Positions 26,905 to 40,922 of a stretch of DNA of 64,000 nucleotides are shown in pieces (positions within the stretch are counted from its first letter, which is position 1; each line of letters begins with the position of its first letter). The position numbers were made by a program, and so were the translations under genes. Origin of the DNA: Eledone cirrhosa. Lineage: Eukaryota. Under the pieces are notes generated by a model that was given only the letters and a program-made list of their open reading frames with translations, made no database searches and was not told the origin of the DNA. The DNA is taken from contig OZ024745.1 of the NCBI GenBank assembly GCA_964016885.1, forward strand, positions 55,490,001 to 55,554,000, written 5' to 3'.

Positions 26905-26947
26905 ACGATGTACTAGTTTCAAGCTTATTAGCTATCGTCAGCACCGT
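26905..26947 (-). ncRNA. Minimal type I hammerhead ribozyme, family B
   Basis: Identical to 26455-26497, 450 bp away. Confidence 0.78.
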
Positions 26948-27744
26948 ATACCTTCCTGCCAGTTGATTGAACGTGTGAAAGTATATACTTTCCTTATGCA
27001 TATTAACGGCTGAGCAGCCTAATTTGCATATCGAATGAGTATATCAGCCGGGCGCACCGAAAACGATAAATGGAAAAAATGAAACGAAATTTCATTTCTC
27101 ACTCTTAGTACGGCTGTTAATATATATATACGTATGGATTTACCGAACATTTATTATAATGCTCGGTTAATTCGGGATGTTTGTTTACAAACAAACCCAG
27201 CATTATAATAAATGTTCGGTAAACCATACGTACATATATATATGTGTGCATGTATATATATATATACATATTACTGTACGGCTGTATACATATATGTATG
27301 TACGTATACATACTTATATTTAAGTAACAGCCGTACTAAGGGTGAGAAATGAAATTTCGTTTCATTTTTTCCATTTATCGTTTTCGGTGCACCCGGCCGA
27401 TTAACTTACTCGATATGCAAATTAGGCTGCTCATCCGTTAATATGCATAAGGAAAGTATATACTTTCAGACGTTCAATCATCTGACAGGAAGGTATACGT
27501 TGCTGACGATAGCTAATAAGCTTGAAACTAGTACATCGTTCCTTTGTCAGTGTTGAACAAAAGGACAACGATGGTTGCTAAGCACTGTACGGCTTAATTA
27601 TGGATGTTTGTTTACAAAAAAGCCGAGCATTATTATAAATGTTCGGTAAATCCATACGTACATATATATATATGTGTGCTTGTATGTATATATATATACA
27701 TTCTACTGTACGTCTGTATATATATATGTATTTACGTATACATA

Positions 27745-27782
<38 letters not shown>

Positions 27783-29651
27783 ACAATTATAAATATGAAG
27801 ATAAAATAGAATAATATAAATAATTTTCTTTCTCCCGTGTGCTGACTCTACAGTTTCGTAGACTGGTCTGTAGCCAGTGTACATATTGCACCCTGGCTGT
27901 GAGGCTATCAGCTTTTCAAGAAATCCATCAAGGAATTGACGAATTCTTGAACTGAACACTACAAGTGACAAATTCTCGTTGTAGAAAGGAGGTAAAGTCT
28001 GGGCGTTTGGTGAGTGATATATATTTCTAGAAGAACCACCCTGTACCCGCCTATTTCACTCGACCCAAGTGAGGACAATCTAATATGATATACATCCGAA
28101 ATTTTCACTGGAGTTAATCTCGCTATGAACGGTTTGTTTATGTTGCTTTTGTCAACTTATTCTGTTTCCCGCCCAAAGTGGTGTTGTTATATGTTTTTAA
28201 ATTCCTTCTATTGTGGTGTTGAAGGTAGGTTTATTTCTGCTATTTAATTTGATACGGTTAGATTTATTGACTAAATGTATCAATAGACTTTAGTGGCTGA
28301 CGTCTTCGTGCTCAGTGCAGTTGGAAGCAAACGCTGCAGGCTATTCAACAGGAAGGAGTATATATTATTTTTTGTAAATTTAGTTCTCAATTACTGTTAG
28401 CTTTTTTGAAAACGTGTATCTCATGAGAAAAATTAAATGTGTAACTTGAAAATGGCGTAAGCCCATTGCTTCCGAGAAAGAAATATTTTTCCAGGCCATT
28501 GAGTGTTCAGCTTCTCATCACAATGGACAAAATGTCCACCGCTCCACAGTAAAAAAAAAATGTTTCGAAAAACTTCGTTGAAAAATAAAAGGAATTTACA
28601 TAATTAGAACTACATTAAGCCAAGAGAAAATAACTGATATAAAATAATGCCATGAATCTTGAATAATAACACTGTAGTTAATGTACTGAATTTTGTAAAT
28701 GATAAATTCTAAATGTATTAACAATTTTTCACGTAAACGGAAACAAATTAAAACAAAAAGTATTACATTTTCAACATTTGTGAAGGTGAAAGGATTATTT
28801 CAAGAAATTAATTTCAAAAAAATTAGGATTGGTTCAATTAACATATTTGAAAATGTGACTTTGGCCATATCTCTTCCTCCACTGTAAACACACACAGAGA
28901 CTGATTTTACTCAAAATATATAGATACAAATAGAAACACATTCACCACCCACCCCTACACACACATACACATACATCAATATATATGCGTGTGTGTAATA
29001 TTAAAAAGTTCGATATTTTACACCGCAATATCATGTATGTGGAATTTTCACATCAAATGCTTGAAACACTACGTATGATTTTGACATCAGATTCCACCTA
29101 TACACTCAGCTTACGGCATTAGTTTATAGCTTATGACACAACGATAAAATAAACGTTGCCAAGAAACCACTCGGTGTATTGCTAGATATTGATAGAGTAA
29201 ATAGAAAAGAAAGGGGAACTTAGAGAAAGGCAAATGGAATAAACGGAGGAGAATGATATTCAGAGAAACTTAAAAAAACTCATAATTTATAGTGCTTGCC
29301 ATTAAAATTCAGATATTTTTATTTCATGCGATTTTAAAGCATTATATTTTTTTCTTCTTAAATTCTGGTTCTATTTAGCTAATTCTTTGTATAATACTTA
29401 TTTTCGTATTCAGTTTCTTCTGCATTTCAAGTTTGTTTTATGTTATTGTTGTTATTATTTCAAAGTCATTTCTTTCCTTTTTATTACATTTATGTAATAC
29501 TTACTTCATTTCTTTCATTTCAGTTCTTACCATTATTACATTCAGTATTTTTAAAGATAAAATGCTTAAATAAATACATATGGCAAAGGACACTGAACTG
29601 AACTAAATTTAAAACAATTTTAAAAAAATGAACCTATAATTTTATGTTTAA

Positions 29652-29728
<77 letters not shown>

Positions 29729-30054
29729 CGTGTATGTGTGGGTGTGTAAATATAAATTGTTTTTGTGATATGTGCTGTATATATATATATATATGTGTAT
29801 GTATGTGTGTGTATATACAACCATATGTATGTACATGCACACACCCATCCACCCACACACATACATATATATATATATGTTTATATATTTATATATATAT
29901 ATAGTGGTATGTGTGTGGATGGATGGATGTGTGCATGTGTACAAACATATGGTTGTTACACAAGCAAACACAGAAGCACGCATGCACCCTCCACACAGAC
30001 ACACACACACACATATATATATATATTTATATGCATACACACACACACACACAG

Positions 30055-30143
<89 letters not shown>

Positions 30144-30555
30144 TATACACACACATACATACATATATTTATATATATATAAGATTATATGTACGAGTGT
30201 ATATGTATGCATGTGTAAGTATGTGTGTTGGTGCGCTTATGTTATAGAAGCGATTAAGTAAGTAGTAGAACAAAGGTAAGAAATCAATATTGCTGGTAGT
30301 AGTTAAGGTAGTAAAGAAAAAGAAAATTATAAAAGGTTTCATATGAAGGAGGGGAATAAGAGAGAAAAGAAATCTTTGGAACTTGAAAGGCAATATAATA
30401 TGCTTCAAATTTAAAACATTCAAAATTTCTGAGGAAACATATATTAAAAAATAAGCATACTGCTTTTGTAACAGTATTGTTATTATTATTATTAATAACA
30501 TTAATAACATTATTATTAATATTATTATTATTATTGTCAATAACAATAATAATAA

Positions 30556-30660
30556 TAGTTTACTATTTTAGGCACAAGGCCAGCAAATTAATCAGTACAT
30601 TACTGGTACTTTATTGTACTGGGTAATTGCTGTCCTTGTGCCTAAAGTAGAAACAATTAT
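30556..30660. mobile_element. Two SINE 3' ends head-to-head in (TAA)n
   Basis: ttttaggcacaaggccagcaaatta... and ...gtactgggtaattgctgtccttgtgcctaaagtagaaac both match the tail of the SINE at 10403-10590. Confidence 0.7.
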
Positions 30661-30684
30661 TATTATTATTACTATTAAATATAT

Positions 30685-30735
<51 letters not shown>

Positions 30736-31965
30736 CTTATTTTTATTATTATTTTCTCGTATCTCAATATCATGTGTTACATATCACTCCGTATGTTTGT
30801 TGGTTATTCACCTGGTTCTCATACGTTTATTAAACAGATTCGTTTTATTATGTGACTATGTCGAATGTCTCCCTAGAAACCGTGTCGATTTCCTCGGTTT
30901 CTAGCCCCTTCAGCATAAATACGCTTCCGATTGTAAAATATAGCTTCCAGAATATTGTTTTTAAAACAACGCGTAAGAAGAAACTTTATACGCGTAAATT
31001 AAGATCCAGCAGTCCATAAAATGGAATAGCCAGCAAAGACTGAATACAAATACATAACATATTAACAACAACAGTAATTTCCTAGGATCACAAAATCCTA
31101 ACGCTGAGCCACCGCAACTTATAAAACAACAAAAGGGACCATGTTATCGCATACACAATAGTCAACACTAGCACTAACACCAGGACGATCCCCACCATTA
31201 CAACAGGAAATATAACAAATAAACAACAAATATATCCGTGACAGGAAAATTAACAACCATACAAATGGCAACAACAGCAGCGATCGTTTGTCCGTAACAG
31301 CTTCAAATGCTGCAAAATGTTTGAAAGTTTGCATATCAGTTGAAGTCACATATTTGGCACCCTGAGAAAGGCCGACCTAGCCTTTCCGTCCATGATCCAT
31401 TATATTCACAGCAAATACCAAAAGTACTTTAACGTTTCAAGGCACTTTAATAATGTGGAGTTGGTCGGCGGAAATCCCCCCCCCCCCACACACACGTTCA
31501 GGTAGAAAGTTGCGTAAAAGATTTAATGCTCGACATGAAATATGTCATAGCACAAGCCAGGTTTGAGACATAACAAGGCCTTTTCAAAATAAAGACACCT
31601 TGGCTAAACACTTCATGGTTTCCTCTCGAAATGACGAATACATTCTTTTCCCTTCGTATTTAGGGAGAACTGTAAACGTCAGTAACTCCAGCACCCCACC
31701 AGAATTGGATGTCTGGTGGATCCTGGGCTGGGTTCTGCTGTAAAGTATACAAGGCGTTGAAAGTGGTCTAGGAACAATTTGGAGGTGCTTTTAATCAGAA
31801 AACTATTGCCACTCGATAAAATCCATTCGGTTCCATCTTTATGGTAATACCAATAATTTCAGCGGTTGATAACCTAAACCCCAAAAAAAAGTGAACCATA
31901 TAAACCCCTTGTAATCAACACCAGAAACTTGAAAAGAACAATTACAGCAGCAATAACACTAATAC

Positions 31966-32631
<666 letters not shown>

Positions 32632-32663
32632 ATATATATATATATATATATATATAAACACAC

Positions 32664-32713
<50 letters not shown>

Positions 32714-32760
32714 ACACGTATATATATATATACATGTATATATATATGTATATATATAAA

Positions 32761-34535
<1,775 letters not shown>

Positions 34536-34720
34536 TATATATATGTATATATATATATATATATTCATTAGTTAAGCAAAACAAGACCTCAAATTTCACA
34601 AGGAAGACATTATTAAAAGATTGTCAACATAGTTTTAGTTTAATGTAAGGAATGTAGAGAATAATAATAATAATAATAATATTAATAATTATTAATATTA
34701 TTATTATTATTATTATTAAA

Positions 34721-36566
34721 GTTGCCTTTATCTTGCTTTATGTTCATACGAGTTATCATCAAGTCACAACCAGTGACCTCAAGAGACAACAAGGTCCGCC
34801 ATGTTCAAGAAAGAACATACATACTCACACATGCATCTTTAGGTGTTTAGACTTGTGATGTACTTATATCGACAGAATCTTCCTTAGTATATGGGCAGTT
34901 CCCATCAGTACTATCTTTTTTATTTCTCCTATACGCGGGTTTCCTGAGATTTGCGATAAGTAATCATTAGACCCCTTAGGTATCATTCCTAGAGCGCCTA
35001 CAACCACTGGTATTGTTTTAGTTCTCAGTTTTCCCATTTTTCCAATTTTTATCTCCAGGTCCTTATACTTGCTCAATTTTTAAAATATTTTTGTAGAGAC
35101 ATTCTTGTCTATTGAAACGGACATATCAATTAGCAAGCATACCCTCTTTTTAAAGTCCTTCAGTATTATATCTTGTCTATTTGCATCTATTTTTCGGTCT
35201 GTTTGGATGCTAAAGTTCCACAAAATTGAGATGTGATCTTTTTCAAGTATGGAAGGTCGTTGATGCTCCCCCAATTCTTTTGATGGGGCAGGCCAAAATG
35301 CTTACACATTATCCAATGTATGTATTGTGCAGCTCTGTCGTGCCTGTTTAGGTATTCGGTTGGAGCTATAGGACTGCACATTGAGATTATATGATCAATG
35401 GTCTCTGGTTGTTTTTTACATACACGGCATAATGAGTTGCATCCATTTTTATTATGTTGGCTTGGTAATTTTTTGTTGGCAGACACTGACTTGTGCTGAT
35501 ATAATCAGTCCTTCTGTCTCTGATTTCAGTCCAGAGGATGCCAACCACTGATGGGTTAAAGTTTTGTCAACATCAGGATTGTTAACTCTTTCTGGGTATT
35601 TTCCATACAGAGGCTTTTCTTACCATTTCTTAGCCAGTTTCTGTAGCAGTTCTTTCTTTGCAGTTACTTGTACCTGCTTTGCATTTTCAGTGTTTTCCAT
35701 TTCAGCAGTAAATGGGACTTCTGAAATTTGTAATCCATTACTGTATCTTTGTGCATCTTTTGTAATGGAGTATGATCTTTTGATGCTTTTGTGTTTCAAA
35801 ACGTGTTTGATCATCCAATCATACGCAATATGTAACTGGATTAACCCACGTCCTCCTTCTTTCCTAGGGAGATATATTCTATCTGTATCTGCTTTAGGGT
35901 GATGTATTCTGTGCATGAATAAGAAATTTCTAATTTTTGTATCGAGCCTACGGATCTCTCTGAACTTTTCAGCAGCTTTCCTCTGATGAACGTTGCTTTG
36001 GCGCATTTATCTAGTCCAAACTCCATTTTAATGTCATCACTGAACTGCTCCACAGTTTGTTCATCATATTTTGAAAATAGTTTCAGGTCATCCATGTAGA
36101 ATAAATGATTAATGGTTTTGTCATAGACTTTATATTCATGTTTTGTTTCATTGAGAATTTTACTTAATGGTATAAATGCGATGCAGAATAAATGCGGTGA
36201 TAAAGAGTCACCCTGTAAAATTAATATTAACTTATCCAGCTTCCAGTGATTTTTTCTCACTATTCAAGAGGAGTTTTCCATGTCTTCATGCTGAATGACA
36301 GGAACCTCCTGACAACGGGAGATATTTTGAAAATCTTTAAACATTTTTCATCCGACTGTGTGGCAAACTATCGAATGCTTTTTTTATAATCTATCAAGCA
36401 ATTGATAGATTTTTGTGTATATTATGACAATCTTCCCGTATCATTTTGTTAACCAAAAGCTGATCCTTACAGCCATAGAGCCTCGTTTACACCCTTTCTG
36501 CTCATTGGAAAATAGGTCATTTGTTATCACGTGGTTATATGTATATTCAGTTAGGACTGATGTTAA
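34721..36566 (-). mobile_element. Degenerate 5'-truncated R4/Dong-like element (RT, CCHC, RLE)
   Basis: QGDSLSPHLF, HLFYMDDLKLF, FGLDKC, YLPRKEGGRGL, CRVCKKQPETIDHIISMC. The 3' part matches 5400-6513. (TTA)n on both sides. Confidence 0.92.
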
Positions 36567-36599
<33 letters not shown>

Positions 36600-36813
36600 G
36601 GTTGGTGAAGCCACGCTTCTTATCGCCTCCAGTCTTTTTCAACGTTTTACTCTTTTTCAACCGTTCGAAACCTTTTATTCAAGTTTTAAATTTGATAAAA
36701 GTTTAGAAGAAGTGACTCACCTCATACAGGGGTTCACTAGTAAATAATACGGCACCCCTTTACGGGGTGTCGTATTCGTATTTGTGTAAAAATATTTTTT
36801 GAAAAATTTCAAC

Positions 36814-38879
36814 ATGGATAACACAAAAAAGAGAGAGAGCGCTGTCAGACAACACAGAGAGAGGGAGACTTTATCAGCATGTCAACAAGACAGCGTTCCA
36901 GCGGAGGTAAATATAAACGAAAATATTACAAAGGAAAAAAAGTTTGTTACAGATTTAAAATTAACAAATATTTCTAACACAAACAACACCAACAATAACA
37001 CCAACAACATCGCCAAAAATAACAGCGGTAAAGTCGAGAACGACAATAACAAAAATAACAGCGGTAAGGTCGAGAACGACAATAACAAAAATAACAGCGG
37101 TAAGGTCGAGAACGACAATAACAATGACAATAACAACAGCCACAACAACAATAATAGTAGGAACAGTATCAACAAAAACAACAATAATAACAACAGCCAC
37201 AATAACAGTAACAGCAGCAACAGTATCAACGAAAACAACACCAACAACTGTACCAGCGAAAAGAACAACAATGACACCAACAAATATACCAACGAAAACA
37301 ACAACAATAACACCGATACCTGTAATAGCGATCGCAGCACAACCAGTAAGACCAGTAGCGGCAACAATAGTGGTGCTGCTGAAAAAGGGACCACTTCTTT
37401 TGCAGGTGTCGCCCGAAATATCGAGACAGTGTTAGTCACAGAGGAGGAGATGGCAGTCGCAAGGGCCATGGTGACAAGAAGCGCAAATAGAGTTTCCCTG
37501 AAGCCTCCACCCGATTTTTTCAAGGACCAGCAGCTACGGACGGTGACTTACCGCACCGTAAGCAACATCTCACATCGAGTGGAGAGAGCCACGGAGGCTC
37601 AAATCCAAAAGGCCTTGGTGTGCGTCTGGGCACGCAAAACCCACATCACCCGAGGCAGAAAGTACGCCACAGTAGACGTACTTTTCGCCAACCCCCAGGA
37701 AGCAAAGTCTCACTCTTTGGAAACCCTAACGAGTGAGGAGTTAGTCTTGGTGCCCTCCTACTGCGGGCAGAAAATTGTGAGGGTCAAAGTGACCCAGGTC
37801 CCACCCGACGTGCCGATACCTTGGCTGGCCGCGTCTGTCCTTGCTGGAATTGAGAACAGGGCGACCATGCTGCAAGAAGAACAAATAGGGAGAGAGAACT
37901 GGTCAGGTATAGGCATGCAAATGCTTATACAAACTGACCAGGAATGTATCGAGGCTATCCCCGATATCATAGACTTTGAGGAAGGACTCCAACTCCCTAT
38001 AAGTGGAGAAGGAAGACGGCCAAAATGTTATCTCTGTGGGTCGAAAGATCACCTCAGGGCCTTTTGCTCGCAGAAGACACCGAAGGGGGCCCCTCTCCTT
38101 CCAATCCTGGTCCGCTGCTACCAAGAGCAGGACAGGCATCAAACGAAGAAGCCCCTTCCACGGTGAGTAGGAGGGCAACGTCCGTAGCACCCGTACCAAG
38201 GCCACGGATAACTAAAGCAGCATCATCAGTAGCGGCAACACCAATAACTACATTTGAAATAGCTACACCAGCAACAACATTGCCGAAGTGGGCTCCACTA
38301 CCACCACCAACAGCCGTGGTGCACATACCTCTCCCAGACGCCACAGAATCCGACATGGAGTTTGAGGCGGGAGTGACGTGGCAAACAGTATGCCACAAAA
38401 AAAAAAAAAAAAAAGAAAAACCCTTAGATTCACCCTCCAAAAGCGAAGGCATACAAAGAGGGGTAAAGGCAGCAAAGAAACTTGCAGCAACACCACTACA
38501 AACACCAACAACGCAAACACAACAAGACACACACACCAAACAGCAACAAGAAGAAAACGGCAACAAAATCCCCCTTCCCCCCAGAAAGTACACAGCCATA
38601 AACATAGCAAAAAAAGAACTCATAAAATATATAAAGCAGCACACAGACATCACGGAAAAAAACTACTACACCCCACCAACACCAAGAACTCTCCCGACAA
38701 ACATAAGCATCATTGAAATCTCAATAGAACAATACAAACCTTTAAAACAAAAATTCCCCAACGCAGTTGGAGACTTCATAGGGACGGTTACCAAGAGGAT
38801 ATACACTGACATCCTCTTGGAAACACCCATGACCACCGAAAGAGACGGTTACTGTCCCTTCACCACACGAACAAGGTAA
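36814..38879 (+). pseudogene. Tx1-like ORF1 (Asn-rich N terminus, CX2CX4HX4C knuckle, basic/Pro-Thr C terminus), frameshift near 38090
   Basis: ORFs 36799-38166 and 38025-38879; CYLCGSKDHLRAFC; ATG at 36814. Confidence 0.8.
37015..37122 (+). repeat. 36-bp in-frame tandem repeat x3 (KNNSGKVENDNN)
   Basis: Direct reading. Confidence 0.95.
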
Positions 38880-40922
38880 GTGACCCTTTCTCATTTGCCC
38901 CGTTTCTCATCCAACATGGCTGTACTCAGAATAGGCAGTATAAATGCACGTCGCCTGGGGTCATCTTGGAAGCAGGGTCACCTGCTCAATGACCTCAGGT
39001 CACTAAACATAGATGTGGTGGCCATCAATGAAACCAGAATCTCCGAGGCACGGGCCTTCGCACCGATCTTCGGCGGCTACGATGTATACGCATCTCCCAG
39101 CCGTCCAGGATCGGGGGGAGGGGGTTGCCGTCCTTTTTCGGAGAGGCTTGGATCTCGCGATACGGGCCATCTTCCTGGACCCAGAAGGTAAGTCGGTGGT
39201 GCTGGACGTGACCGGCAGCGAAGGCAATGCTTTCAGGATAGTAGCCGTCTACGCCCCAACAGGGGCAGGACGGCCAGATTTCTTCAGACGTCTAGAGACC
39301 TTTCTTGGAACGTCCCGCTCTTTAGTGTTAGTGGGCGACTGGAACGGTATCTTGGATGCACGCTGGGATCGTGTGGGGCTAGTGGATATGGGAGGAGGGT
39401 GCAAGAGCCTCACCAACCTGCTCAGACGTTTTGAACTGTCTGACAGGTATCGACTGGATCACCCGAATGTGCCAATGTGGACATGGACAAACCGCTTCGG
39501 GTCATCCAGAACGTATCTCGATAAGGTATTCTGCAGAGAACTAGATAAGGCTAGTATAAGTTGCCCACAATTTAAAATAGTCGACTACACAGACCACAAA
39601 TTGTGATCTGTGAGATAGACATAGACAGACTTCATAGACAATGGCCTGGTTACTGGAAGCTGAACGCGTCTTTCCCGGCGCGCAAGGCCTACAGAGACCG
39701 GATTAGCGTATTAGTTAAGCGGGCGTTGACGGGAGCGGTCGTCAACAACAGGTGGTGGTTAGCCCTGAAAAGGGCAATTAAAGTAGAGTCGATTAGGTTT
39801 AGCAAAGGAGTAGTGATAGAGGAAAATAGAGTAGAGGGAGAGCTAGTCAGAAAGCTAGAAGAGGCTTTTAGGACAGGCATCGCAACCGACGTCCTTGCGG
39901 CGAGATTGGCACTCGACCAATTCTTCAACGCAAAACACGAAGGCTGCGTCGTCAGAGCTAGAGCGCGTGCTCTGAAACACGAGGGGACAAAAGCCGTCCA
40001 ATGGGCCCGGGTGGCAGAGGCGCGATGTGGCAACAAAGCCACAATTCGGTCTTTGTCTGACCAAAACGGGTGCGTGATGCTCGAACCCGAGCGGATGTGT
40101 GAAGCTTTTCAGCAGAACTTTGCTGAACTGTTCGGGAGCGGCGGCGGCGGCCCAGATCGGGGCATGGACTTCAGTGCATAACTCGACGGACTTCATCGGC
40201 TCTCGACGACCGCAGCACAGTGTTGCAAAAAGCCAATAACAGCCGGTGAAATAAGGGAAGCGATGGCTAACTGCACAAGAGGAAAATCGCCAGATTTAGA
40301 TGGTCTGCCCTACGAGCTTTATGCATTTATGCCAGACTTGTTCGGTGACCTCTTGACAGACGTCTACTGCAACTGGCAGCAGAACGGGAGAATTCCCAGT
40401 TTTGTGAGCCGGGGAGCAGTGGCGCTGCTGAGGAAAGACCCGAACAAGGGGGATGTTATTGATAATTTCAGGCCCATAACCCTGCTAAACGCAGAGTTAA
40501 AATTTTGGCCAAGGTGTTAGCAACGAGGTTGGCGCTTGTCGTCAAGGGTCTGGTAGGAGAGGCGCAGACATGCGCCAATCCGGACAGATCCATACACAAC
40601 AACCTCCACCTCATGCGATACATCATAGAGAGGGTGGTTAAGGAACCTGGCAAGGGTGGGGCCCTGATCAACTTGGATCAATCTAAAGCATTCGATAGGC
40701 TCGACCATCGGTACCTGGCGGCGGTCCTCGAGGCAGCCGGTTTCGTGCCCGTTTTCAGTGGTTGGATCGCAGCAATGTCCAGCGACATCTGCTCAGTTGT
40801 GAGGGTGAACGTTCACCTGTCGCAGCCTTTCAGCATCAACGCGCTCAGTCCGCCAGGGTTGTCCCCTCTCGTCCCTCTTGTACGTATTGGCTCTCGAGCC
40901 GTTACTGCACAAACTGAAGGCG

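Larger units (their letters stand above)
26191..27750. repeat. Family B array 2: two tandem ~450-bp monomers, then >1 inverted monomer
   Basis: Hammerheads at 26455-26497 (-), 26905-26947 (-) and 27497-27539 (+), all with CTGACGA core. Confidence 0.9.
36600..40922 (+). mobile_element. Tx1-like LINE subfamily a: 5'UTR, ORF1 and ORF2 broken off inside RT
   Basis: Starts right after (TTA)n. ORF1 36814-38879 (one frameshift); ORF2 from 38916 with frameshifts and stops; ends at ...cacaaactgaaggcga. Confidence 0.92.

Noticed and set aside
27870-27995. Possible host exon (ctacag|...FVDWSVASVHIAP...gag|gtaaag)
   Set aside because: In-frame stops in the tubulin-like frame and no supporting neighbouring exons.
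31100-31960. Possible ancient LINE ORF1 remnant on minus (TVLPKYEGKRM vs LVPSYCGQKI)
   Set aside because: Similarity is too short to support a call.
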